Shown here: piece by piece, positions 19,010 through 27,528 of the stretch
Layout of the letters: each line of letters opens with the position of its first letter
How positions within the stretch are numbered: the stretch's first letter is position 1
NCBI GenBank assembly: GCA_046262595.1
Contig: JBHEMM010000021.1
Location: forward strand, 1 to 42,557
Length of the DNA: 42,557 nt
Direction of reading: 5' to 3'
From: Vulcanimicrobiaceae bacterium
Lineage (GTDB): Bacteria; Vulcanimicrobiota; Vulcanimicrobiia; Vulcanimicrobiales; Vulcanimicrobiaceae
The notes under the pieces: model-generated
The model's input: the letters and a program-made list of their open reading frames with translations, nothing else
The model's database searches: none
What the model was told of the DNA's origin: nothing
Position numbers and translations under genes: made by a program

Positions 19010-19510
19010 ATGGATTTTCGGCGCGCGCTCATAGCGCTCTGCTTTTTGACTTCTACGCTGCCCGGAATCGCGCTTGCGCGACCGCAGGTGGCTTTGCATT
19101 TGTCCGCATTTTTAATTCAATCGTCGCAAGGCCGCAGCTCGCAAGTGCCGCTCGGCGATAAGAAGGCGCAAGCCGGAGATCGCGTGCGCTTCATTATCGA
19201 AGCGCGCAACAGCGGTTCGTCTTCCGCCTTGCATCTGACGCCCACCGATCCGATTCCGGCGCACATGACGTATGTGAGCGGCAGCGCACAGGATGGCCAA
19301 TCCACCGTGCAGTTTACCGTGGACGGAAAAACGTGGGCCGAACATCCCACCGTTCACGTCAAGACGAGCAAACGAACCATCAGCAAGCCGGCTGACCCCT
19401 CGATGTACAGGGCAATCCGCTGGGTGACGCACGTAGCATTACCGGCAAAGCATACGTTCACGTATTCGTACGAAGCGCAAGTGGACGGTCTTAAAAAAGG
19501 CGCGAAATGA
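19010..19510 (+). CDS. Small secreted DUF11-like (conserved repeat domain) protein
   Basis: GGGAGAG Shine-Dalgarno, ATG at 19010 and a signal peptide ending ALA. DUF11-like GDRVRFIIEARNSG...TDPIPAHMTYVSGSA...IRW...FTYSYEAQV. Confidence 0.8.
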   Translation: MDFRRALIALCFLTSTLPGIALARPQVALHLSAFLIQSSQGRSSQVPLGDKKAQAGDRVRFIIEARNSGSSSALHLTPTDPIPAHMTYVSGSAQDGQSTVQFTVDGKTWAEHPTVHVKTSKRTISKPADPSMYRAIRWVTHVALPAKHTFTYSYEAQVDGLKKGAK

Positions 19511-22080
19511 ACCGGATTCTTTTGCGCGCCTGGTTCGGCGTTTTTGTCTTTGCCTGCGTTCTGGGATTGGCGCTCTCGCGGCACTCCGCCATGACGCCCG
19601 TAATGGCCGTTACGCCGAGTCCTACGCCCGTTCCGCTGCCGTACGCTTCGGCGACGCCGACACCGGCGAGTCCCTCGCTCACCGGCCCGGGACAAACGAT
19701 CACCAACGCCGCGTCCGCAACGTACAGCGACGGCACGAATACGTACAATATTCTCTCGAACACGGTCACCGTTTACGTGCAGAACGCTCCCACGCTCGTC
19801 GTACTCACGAACAACGGCACGAGCGTGGGAAGCAACACGACCCGCTATCCGGGCGTCTACACGTACGATCTGTACACGCTCGTCAACACGGGTAATGGGA
19901 CGGGCTATTTCACCGTCGCATCGGGCCCGCAAGCCTCGCCCACGCCGTTGCCCGCAACGAACAGCGGCACGGGAACGACCGGCACGGTCACCAACGTCAG
20001 TTACGATGTCAGCTGCAGCGGCGGCGCGACTTTGAACGACATCGTCACCACGATCGCCGCGCTGAATACCGACTTGCAGAACGCTGCGTGCAGCGTTGCT
20101 TCCAACGGCTCGGTGAGCATCGAAGTGGTCCTCGACCCGACGGCGGCGCCCGCTTCGGACGGATCGACGCTCGAAGCGCAGATCACCTATTCGACGAGCG
20201 GCACCGGCTACAATGCCGCGAGCTCGCTCTATGCAAGCAACTCGTACGTCGACCCGGTCGTCACGGACGAGCGAATCGACGTGCAGAAATCCCCGGCACC
20301 GATCGCGACGGACGGTACCGTCACGTATGCGGTCACCGCCAACAATGCCGGCAACGGCCCGGCGCAGTACGTTACCGACTATGGCACTACGTGTACGGGC
20401 ACCGTTACGGTGTGCGGCCCGGCATTGACGGGCCCCGGCTTGCTGATCGCGGATAAGATTCCGCTCAATGCAAGCAACACGCCGCTCCCCGTCGTTACGA
20501 TGTCGCCCTCGCCCGGGCCGCAAGCGCTGCCGCCGAGCACGACCGTTTCCGTCGTTTACACCACCGACAGTACTGCGAAGACGGGCTGGACCGTGAAGAC
20601 GGCCGCAACCTTCCCGCCGACGACGCGATACGTCGGCGTGTTCCTCACGGGCGGCGCATATGCGCTCGGCGCGGACCCCACGCCTGCGGCAACGACGACG
20701 CCGGGCTTCGTGCCGGCGGCGAGTTCGCAGATCGGTTTTAGCGTCACGCTCGGGCCGCTCCCCGCGAACCTCACCGTCAGCAATATCGTGACGGCTGCGG
20801 CGGGAGACAACAAGACGACGCCGTGCATCGAAGGGCCCGGCTTGGTGACGACCTCGACGAGCTGCGATCCGAACGGACCGAACGGCCCCGGCGGCGATCC
20901 GTCGATTCCGCTGGCAACGGCGCCGCCTTCACCGAGCGCGCCCGGACCGGGCCTCTCGAACACGACGACGACGTTTACTCCCGCGCTTTACAACGGCCCG
21001 CTCACTGCTCCGGATGCACAAGGCTGTTTCAACAGCAGCGCAGCTCCGGTGCCCCTGCCGACGTGGAGCCCGATGCCCAATCCGTTCCCGACGATTTCGC
21101 CCACAACGTCGCCGACCTGTGCCGCAACGGACAACCAAGACGACTTCACGCAAGCCGTGAGCACGCCGAATCCTTCTACGACCAACATGCCGTACGGCAC
21201 GCAGATGTCCGCCGCATCGACCGTGACGGTGGCGAACTCGATTAAAAACCCGGGCGCGCAATCCACCGTGTATCAGTTGACGTTTCCAACGCTTCCGGCG
21301 GGCATTACGGTGACGAGCGTCACCTACGGCGCCGCGTCGTGCTCGACGACCTCAACGCCGGCCTCGGGCGTATATCCGCTGGGAAGCATCGGCGCAGGTG
21401 CAACGATCCAATACTGCGTGCTCTATACCACCGCGACCGGTGCGAGCGCGCCGTATTACTTCCAGCCGCAGTTCGTTCAACTGCGCGTTGCATACTCGTC
21501 GGCGCCGGCGGTGTACTACAACGACACGTGGAACGTGCTGATGCCCGGCGGTTTCGTTGAAATCGTTAAGACCGCCAACATCCTGACCGCGCTTCCCGCA
21601 ATCTCGAACTTCTCCGGAAACTGCTCGGGAACGATTACGGGCGGCTTGCCGACGCTGGGCGTCTGTCCGGGCGGCATCATCCAATACGCCGTCGCCTACG
21701 TCAACACGTTACCGCCCACCTCAAGCGGCACGCCGGCCGAACCGGCTGGAGCATCCGTTGCGATGACGGGCAACTTGGTGATCACGGAAGACGGCGCTGT
21801 GAACGGCAGCAATTGGACGACGTACACGGGCGGCATGTTCGACCCTGCCGGCGCGGGTACGGTGCCGCTTGTTGCGGGGCTTTCATTGAGCACGCTCTCG
21901 GCGAATTGCGGCATCGTAACGCTCAAATGCGGCGCGACATCCGCTTCGGCGACCTTCGGCGGCGGCGCCTCACCGAATGGCAACCTCTACGGCTCGACGC
22001 ACTTCACCGCTACCATTCCCGCTGCGGGCATTACGGCGCAGAGCGTCGGCACGTTGATGTTCGCCGCAAAAGTGCACTAG
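19507..22080 (+). CDS. Secreted Thr/Pro/Cys-rich DUF11-family surface protein (candidate major fibre subunit)
   Basis: Signal peptide and N-terminal GQTITNAASATYSD...SNTVTVYVQ. One internal DUF11 (VQKS...DKIP...VSNIV) and a C-terminal IVKT...CPGGIIQY...ITEDG...FAAKVH. There are 14 Cys in the mature part. Confidence 0.8.
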   Translation: MNRILLRAWFGVFVFACVLGLALSRHSAMTPVMAVTPSPTPVPLPYASATPTPASPSLTGPGQTITNAASATYSDGTNTYNILSNTVTVYVQNAPTLVVLTNNGTSVGSNTTRYPGVYTYDLYTLVNTGNGTGYFTVASGPQASPTPLPATNSGTGTTGTVTNVSYDVSCSGGATLNDIVTTIAALNTDLQNAACSVASNGSVSIEVVLDPTAAPASDGSTLEAQITYSTSGTGYNAASSLYASNSYVDPVVTDERIDVQKSPAPIATDGTVTYAVTANNAGNGPAQYVTDYGTTCTGTVTVCGPALTGPGLLIADKIPLNASNTPLPVVTMSPSPGPQALPPSTTVSVVYTTDSTAKTGWTVKTAATFPPTTRYVGVFLTGGAYALGADPTPAATTTPGFVPAASSQIGFSVTLGPLPANLTVSNIVTAAAGDNKTTPCIEGPGLVTTSTSCDPNGPNGPGGDPSIPLATAPPSPSAPGPGLSNTTTTFTPALYNGPLTAPDAQGCFNSSAAPVPLPTWSPMPNPFPTISPTTSPTCAATDNQDDFTQAVSTPNPSTTNMPYGTQMSAASTVTVANSIKNPGAQSTVYQLTFPTLPAGITVTSVTYGAASCSTTSTPASGVYPLGSIGAGATIQYCVLYTTATGASAPYYFQPQFVQLRVAYSSAPAVYYNDTWNVLMPGGFVEIVKTANILTALPAISNFSGNCSGTITGGLPTLGVCPGGIIQYAVAYVNTLPPTSSGTPAEPAGASVAMTGNLVITEDGAVNGSNWTTYTGGMFDPAGAGTVPLVAGLSLSTLSANCGIVTLKCGATSASATFGGGASPNGNLYGSTHFTATIPAAGITAQSVGTLMFAAKVH

Positions 22081-22096
22081 GCACAATCGAGGTCTG

Positions 22097-24256
22097 GTGA
22101 AGGGTGCCTTCGTCCGACTAATACCGGTCGCCACGGTCCTCATGACGCTCGTTGTCATGTTGGGCCGTGGCGAATCGGCATATGCCGGGCCGTCCGATCC
22201 GGCCGCTAACACAACGATAATCAATTCGGCTACGGCGACCTGGTCCGACAGTGCCGGGCATAGTTTCGAAGAATCGTCCAATCAGATTACCGTTATCGTC
22301 CAAGGCGTTTCGGCGCTTACCGTGACGCCGAAGGAAACCGCTGCGAATCCCTCGCTGGATGGTTATCCCGCCGCTCAAAACGTGACGCGGACGTTCGTGA
22401 TCGAAAACGCGAGCAACATCGCCGACGCGTACCGCATATCCGCATTTACGGCCGACCGCGGAACGCTCGTTTCGCTTGCGTTCGTCACGTCCGGCGGGAA
22501 CGTTCCCATCACCGTCGGTTCCACCGTCTCGCCCACGCTGCAGCCGGGCGAGAGCATCACGGTGCAAACGGTCGTCTCAACGGCGGGCATTGCGGTAGGC
22601 ACCTCGTTTGCGCTGCATCTCACGGCGCAGACCACCGTCACGGGAACCGCGAACGGCGTGCAGAGCGACAGCGGCGAGCAATGGCTTGTGGCGGCGGCCG
22701 GTCCGGCTTTGAGCGGCCCCGGCGGCGGCAGCACGCCGATCTCGAAAACGGTGAACCGCGAACAAGTGCTGCAGTCGCAGTCGGGCGCGATCGTCACGTT
22801 CGACATCGTCGTAAAGAACAACGGCGGGACGCCTGCCGACAACGCGGTGATGACGGATACGATACCCGCCGGCCTGACGGCCGACCTGACGACGCTTAAA
22901 CTCAACGGCGTTGCGGTTTCGGGAACGCAATCCGGTCAAACGCTCACGGTGCCGCTTGGCATGCTGGCGGCAGGCGCGGTCGACGACGTCTCGTTCAATT
23001 CGCAGATCGCTGCTATCGATACGCTCGGCACGACGTTCGTGAACGTCGCGGCGATCGCCGCAGACGGTATTGCGCCGGCCTCGACGACGCCGGCCGCCAT
23101 TTTGATCGGCACGGCCGACATCGTTTTCGACCCGTCGAACAACAACGCGCCGATCGCCGGCGCGACCGTTTCGCTCCTCGACCAGAACAGTCACTTGGTG
23201 CCCCTGGGCGCCGGCAGCAACGGCGCGTTCCGCGCGAAGACTTTTTCCGCTCCGCAGTCGGCCAATTCGCAGAACCCGTTGCTCACGGGTCCCGACGGCA
23301 CGTACGGGTTCGCGCTCGAGCCGAATCAAATCGGCCCCGGCGCAGGCACGTTTTACATTACGATTCAGGCTCCCGGGTATCTTAACCGCCGAATCAAAAT
23401 CGTTCTCACGGCGTCCACGCAAGGCATGCTGTACGACGTGACGACCTCATCGCAGGACGGCCAGCCCTTAGCGCACGCGGGCGGGTATGCGCTTACAACG
23501 GGCGCCGTTGCGCTCAATAATATCTTCGGTTTGTTCGGCAACTTGCCGATGTTCAAAACGCAGGCGATTACCATCGATAAAGTGGTCGACCGCACCAGCG
23601 CGCAACCCGGCGACCGGCTCGTCTACACGCTCGATGTTGCGAACCCGTCCGGCGCGCCGCTGATCGCGGCCAAGGCGATCGACACGCTGCCCTCGGGCGA
23701 ATCGTATGCGCCCGGATCCGCGCGCGTGGATGGGGTCCCGCGCGAACCCGCCGTCAACGGACGCGCGCTGACGTGGAATCTCTCGACGATCGCCTCGGGC
23801 GCGAAACATCAGATCGTTTACGCGGCGATCGTCTATCCCAACGTCCCGGCCGGTACCACGTTGACGAACTCCGCGGTCGCGCAGGCGGTCCTCTCGGGAA
23901 CACTGGTCAACGTAAATGCCGCGGCCAATGCCGACGTCATCATCACCGAAGGCGCATTGAGCGACCGCTCCGTCATCACCGGCCGGGTGTTCGCGGACCT
24001 GATGCACACCGGCCGCTTCGTTAAAGGCGATCGCGGCCTGGCCGGCGTGCGCGTCTTTCTTGAAGACGGCACCTCGGTGACGACGGACTCGCAAGGGCGC
24101 TACAGTTTCCCGGGCGTCCGGCCGGGCATGCACGTGCTTCGCGTCGACCGGACGACGCTTCCCGACGGCGCAAACGGGACGTTTCAGCGTCTCATCCACG
24201 GCGTGCTCGACGACGGGCTGATGCAAGACGTCGAGTTTGCGGTGGGTTCGCCATGA
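22097..24256 (+). CDS. Secreted protein with two DUF11 domains, a carboxypeptidase-regulatory-like domain and a C-terminal SdrD B-like domain
   Basis: DUF11 copies ISKTV...TDTIP...FVNVA and IDKVV...IDTLP...LTNSA. C-terminal ITGRVFAD...GDRGLAGVRVFLEDG...TDSQGRYSF.GVRPG.H. Confidence 0.8.
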   Translation: MKGAFVRLIPVATVLMTLVVMLGRGESAYAGPSDPAANTTIINSATATWSDSAGHSFEESSNQITVIVQGVSALTVTPKETAANPSLDGYPAAQNVTRTFVIENASNIADAYRISAFTADRGTLVSLAFVTSGGNVPITVGSTVSPTLQPGESITVQTVVSTAGIAVGTSFALHLTAQTTVTGTANGVQSDSGEQWLVAAAGPALSGPGGGSTPISKTVNREQVLQSQSGAIVTFDIVVKNNGGTPADNAVMTDTIPAGLTADLTTLKLNGVAVSGTQSGQTLTVPLGMLAAGAVDDVSFNSQIAAIDTLGTTFVNVAAIAADGIAPASTTPAAILIGTADIVFDPSNNNAPIAGATVSLLDQNSHLVPLGAGSNGAFRAKTFSAPQSANSQNPLLTGPDGTYGFALEPNQIGPGAGTFYITIQAPGYLNRRIKIVLTASTQGMLYDVTTSSQDGQPLAHAGGYALTTGAVALNNIFGLFGNLPMFKTQAITIDKVVDRTSAQPGDRLVYTLDVANPSGAPLIAAKAIDTLPSGESYAPGSARVDGVPREPAVNGRALTWNLSTIASGAKHQIVYAAIVYPNVPAGTTLTNSAVAQAVLSGTLVNVNAAANADVIITEGALSDRSVITGRVFADLMHTGRFVKGDRGLAGVRVFLEDGTSVTTDSQGRYSFPGVRPGMHVLRVDRTTLPDGANGTFQRLIHGVLDDGLMQDVEFAVGSP

Positions 24257-27200
24257 TCCGCCGCTCGTTTGCGCGCCTGCTGCAGGCCGTCGCGGTGCTG
24301 TTGATCTGCGTAGCCGGCGTGGGTTCGACGTTGTTCTTCACGCGCGCGCAAGACGATTCGAAACCGCAATACAGTGACCTCTCCCATCTGAAGCTGACGG
24401 CGACGCGCAGGCTGCCGGCCAACGTGATCGCTCCGCAGGACGGCGCATCGATTTCGGGCGCCGCAACGCAAGTCACCGTGGAAACCGTGAACGGTGCGGG
24501 CGTCGAGCTCCAGGTGAACGGCGAGATCGTTCCGGTTCGGAACTTGGGACGCATGAGCGTTTCGAAGGCGGGAACGACGCAGTTCGAGTACTTCGGCGTG
24601 CTCCTTCGTGCCGGTCCGAACACGCTGCTTGCCACGGCAATCGGCGCCGGCGGCGCACGCGGAGCATCACAGAGCGAAACGATCTTCGGCGCCGGGCCGC
24701 CCGTCGCGATCCATGTATCGATGCTTGGTTCGCTTGTCGCGGACGGTAAAACGACGGCCCGGCTCATCGTCGATGCGGTCGACCAATGGAATCATCCCGC
24801 CATGTCGGGATCGGAAGTGCGCGTGAAGATTCTGCAGGGCCGCGCGCGCGTGGGCAACGCCGGCCAAAGCGATCCCGCAGCTGGCGCGTCGCCGGCTCCC
24901 TCGGCGTTTGCAACCTCGCTGCCCGCAAGCGGCACATCGTCGCCGCAAGCGCATTACGTTCTGGCGCAGGGCGGCCGCATCGTCATTCCGCTGACGGCCT
25001 CACTCGAGCCCGGAACGCTGCAGCTGCAGGTTGCGGTCAACGACATCACCGATACGCAGAGCTACACGATTGCGCCGTACCTGCGCGCTCCGTTCGTCAA
25101 CGGCATCATCTCCGCCGGAGCCGGGAACGTCCCGGCCGCCGTTGACGGCGACGGACGCTATGACGGCGGCGGCGCGCGCAAAGAGCGTCTTGCGATTTAT
25201 GCAAACGGCAAAGTAGGGCGCGCAAGTTCTCTCACGTTCTCGTACGAATCGCAGAACCGTTTAGAGGAATCGTCCTCGCTGGGTCCGTTCGTTTCGAATC
25301 CTGACGAGCGTCCGTATCAAACGTACGGCGACTCCTCGCGCGTAACCAGCGATTTTCACTCGACTGACCGCCTTTATGCACGCATCGATAACGGCCGCAA
25401 CAATCTGATGTGGGGCCAATACACGGCGGCCGTCGGAGATCCGCAGGGCGTTGCGCATTACGAGCAGCAGATCAGCGGCCTCAAAGGCGAGGCGACGCTG
25501 GGGCGTCCGGGACAAGGCCATGTCATGGCGTTTACCGCGCACGATCGCACCGGCTACGTGGCGTTCACCACTCCGGTTTCGGGGTTGGGAGCGCTGCTTG
25601 CGCCGCTGCACCCGAACGTCGTGATCGGCTCGGACGTGCTCACGCTCGTGGCTTTGGACCGCCGCACGGGCGCAGCCGCGTCGCAGACGCCGCTCACCCG
25701 CAACGTCGACTACACGATCGACTACGCGACGGGCGCGCTGCGTTTCCTCAATGTTCCGTTACCGTTCGATCAGAACTTCAATCCGCAGTTGCTGTACATT
25801 CAGTATCAATACCAGGGCCCCGACGTAAAATCCGAGACGAGCGGATTCGACTTCCGCTATGCACTGGCGCGCAACGGCTCCGCGACGTTTGACTTCGGCT
25901 ACTTGAACGATGCGAGCGGTACGACGAACTACTCGCTCGCGACGCAGTCCTTGAGCGGCCGCATGCCGACGGGCGATTGGCGTTTCTCGCGCGCAACGAG
26001 CAACGGTTCGGCGCCGACCGCCGCAAGCTTCGGCGAAACGCCGGCCTCGCGCGGAAGCGCAACGTCGTTCGCGCTTAACGAACACGTTCGCGGCAACGAG
26101 ATCGCTTTCAACTACCAAAATACAGGCGCCGGATTTGCGAATCCGTTCGGCGGCTTTAACGTGACGGGTTTGGAGAACATCCAGGCCACGTTCGCGCACC
26201 GCACGCGCAGTCAAAGCGCGTTCACGCTTTCTCTCTCGCAGCAGCGCAATACCGGAGGTTCGGGCGGATCGACCGGCGTTGAGCAAAACGTCGTGGCGAG
26301 CTGGCAGGCTGCGATCGCCAAAGCGCTCGCCGTTACCTTGGGATTTCAAGCGCAGCGCGAGACGAACGGCCCGGGCGCGATTGTGCCCGGACACACGCCG
26401 GTGCAGCCGGTCAACGGTTCGAGCGCCGGGCTGCAGGCGGGATTGCAATGGAAGGCGTCGCGCCGGCTCAGCGTGAGCGTGCAGCATGCCGCCTCACTCG
26501 GCGGCAACAGCCAAATTTTGCCTTCGCAAACCGCCGCGGAAGCCGACTACGATCTGCCCACGCAAGGCCGGCTCTACGTGCGCGAGCTGCTCGGCGGCGG
26601 CGTCTCGAGTTTTGCCTCGTCCACGTCGAGCCTTACAAACGCTTCCCTCGGCTCTCGTTCAACGCAGATCGGCATTCAGCGCACGATCGGCTCCACAACG
26701 GCGCTCGACACGTCGTATCTCATCGCCGACACGGGCAACGAAACGAACGTGTATACGACGCTGGGCGTGCAGGAAACGTTTCACCTTGGTAAGCGCCTCT
26801 CCGGCAACGCGACGTTCGAAAGCGCGCGTTCCACCGGCGCAAGCCCGGGCGGATTCAGCACGCTCGGAACGGGGTTGACGTACAGCGATCTCAAAGATTT
26901 CCGCGCCTCGTTTTCAATGCAGACGCGCGGCGGGGGCGGCGGCGGAATGACGATGAACGGAGGCGCTGCGGGGCATATCGGCCAAAATCTCGCGCTCATG
27001 GGATCGTTCAATGAAACGTTCGGCAACGGCCTTTCCATTGTTGACGACCGCATCTCGCTCGCGTTTCGTCCGTCTCAGAACGACAGGTTTATCTCGCTGC
27101 TCGGGCTGGACCGCCAATCCGGCGGCTATACAAACACTGCCGGAACCTCCGACATCCTCTCGTTTGAGGAAGTGTACCGGCCCACGCTTACGACGGAAAT

Positions 27201-27528
27201 TGCGGGCCGCGTCGGCTACAAGCTCAATGGCGACGGATACTATCTCGCGCACAGTTCGGTTGCGGGCGTGCGCATCACCCAATCGCTCGGCGCGCGGTTC
27301 GACATCGCCGGCGAAGTGCGCGCGATGGCTGCCGGGAACGTTGCGTCCGCGCGTTCTTCGGATTTTGCAGCCGAGATCGGCTACAAAGCGGGCGGCGCGC
27401 GGCTGTCGGGCGGGTACAATTTCTCTGGTGCGGTCGACCCGTCGCTTACCGGACATCCGCAGCGCAAAGGCTTGTATGTGATGGTAACGGCGCTTGTCGA
27501 TCGCATCTTCGGCTGGGGCAAGCCGTGA
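24253..27528 (+). CDS. Large putative outer-membrane beta-barrel protein with N-terminal Ig-like domains
   Basis: Signal peptide and Ig/Big_1-like segments (LVADGKTTARLIVDAVDQW). About 750 aa of Gly/aromatic-rich amphipathic strands follow, ending GLYVMVTALVDRIFGW. Confidence 0.7.
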   Translation: MIRRSFARLLQAVAVLLICVAGVGSTLFFTRAQDDSKPQYSDLSHLKLTATRRLPANVIAPQDGASISGAATQVTVETVNGAGVELQVNGEIVPVRNLGRMSVSKAGTTQFEYFGVLLRAGPNTLLATAIGAGGARGASQSETIFGAGPPVAIHVSMLGSLVADGKTTARLIVDAVDQWNHPAMSGSEVRVKILQGRARVGNAGQSDPAAGASPAPSAFATSLPASGTSSPQAHYVLAQGGRIVIPLTASLEPGTLQLQVAVNDITDTQSYTIAPYLRAPFVNGIISAGAGNVPAAVDGDGRYDGGGARKERLAIYANGKVGRASSLTFSYESQNRLEESSSLGPFVSNPDERPYQTYGDSSRVTSDFHSTDRLYARIDNGRNNLMWGQYTAAVGDPQGVAHYEQQISGLKGEATLGRPGQGHVMAFTAHDRTGYVAFTTPVSGLGALLAPLHPNVVIGSDVLTLVALDRRTGAAASQTPLTRNVDYTIDYATGALRFLNVPLPFDQNFNPQLLYIQYQYQGPDVKSETSGFDFRYALARNGSATFDFGYLNDASGTTNYSLATQSLSGRMPTGDWRFSRATSNGSAPTAASFGETPASRGSATSFALNEHVRGNEIAFNYQNTGAGFANPFGGFNVTGLENIQATFAHRTRSQSAFTLSLSQQRNTGGSGGSTGVEQNVVASWQAAIAKALAVTLGFQAQRETNGPGAIVPGHTPVQPVNGSSAGLQAGLQWKASRRLSVSVQHAASLGGNSQILPSQTAAEADYDLPTQGRLYVRELLGGGVSSFASSTSSLTNASLGSRSTQIGIQRTIGSTTALDTSYLIADTGNETNVYTTLGVQETFHLGKRLSGNATFESARSTGASPGGFSTLGTGLTYSDLKDFRASFSMQTRGGGGGGMTMNGGAAGHIGQNLALMGSFNETFGNGLSIVDDRISLAFRPSQNDRFISLLGLDRQSGGYTNTAGTSDILSFEEVYRPTLTTEIAGRVGYKLNGDGYYLAHSSVAGVRITQSLGARFDIAGEVRAMAAGNVASARSSDFAAEIGYKAGGARLSGGYNFSGAVDPSLTGHPQRKGLYVMVTALVDRIFGWGKP

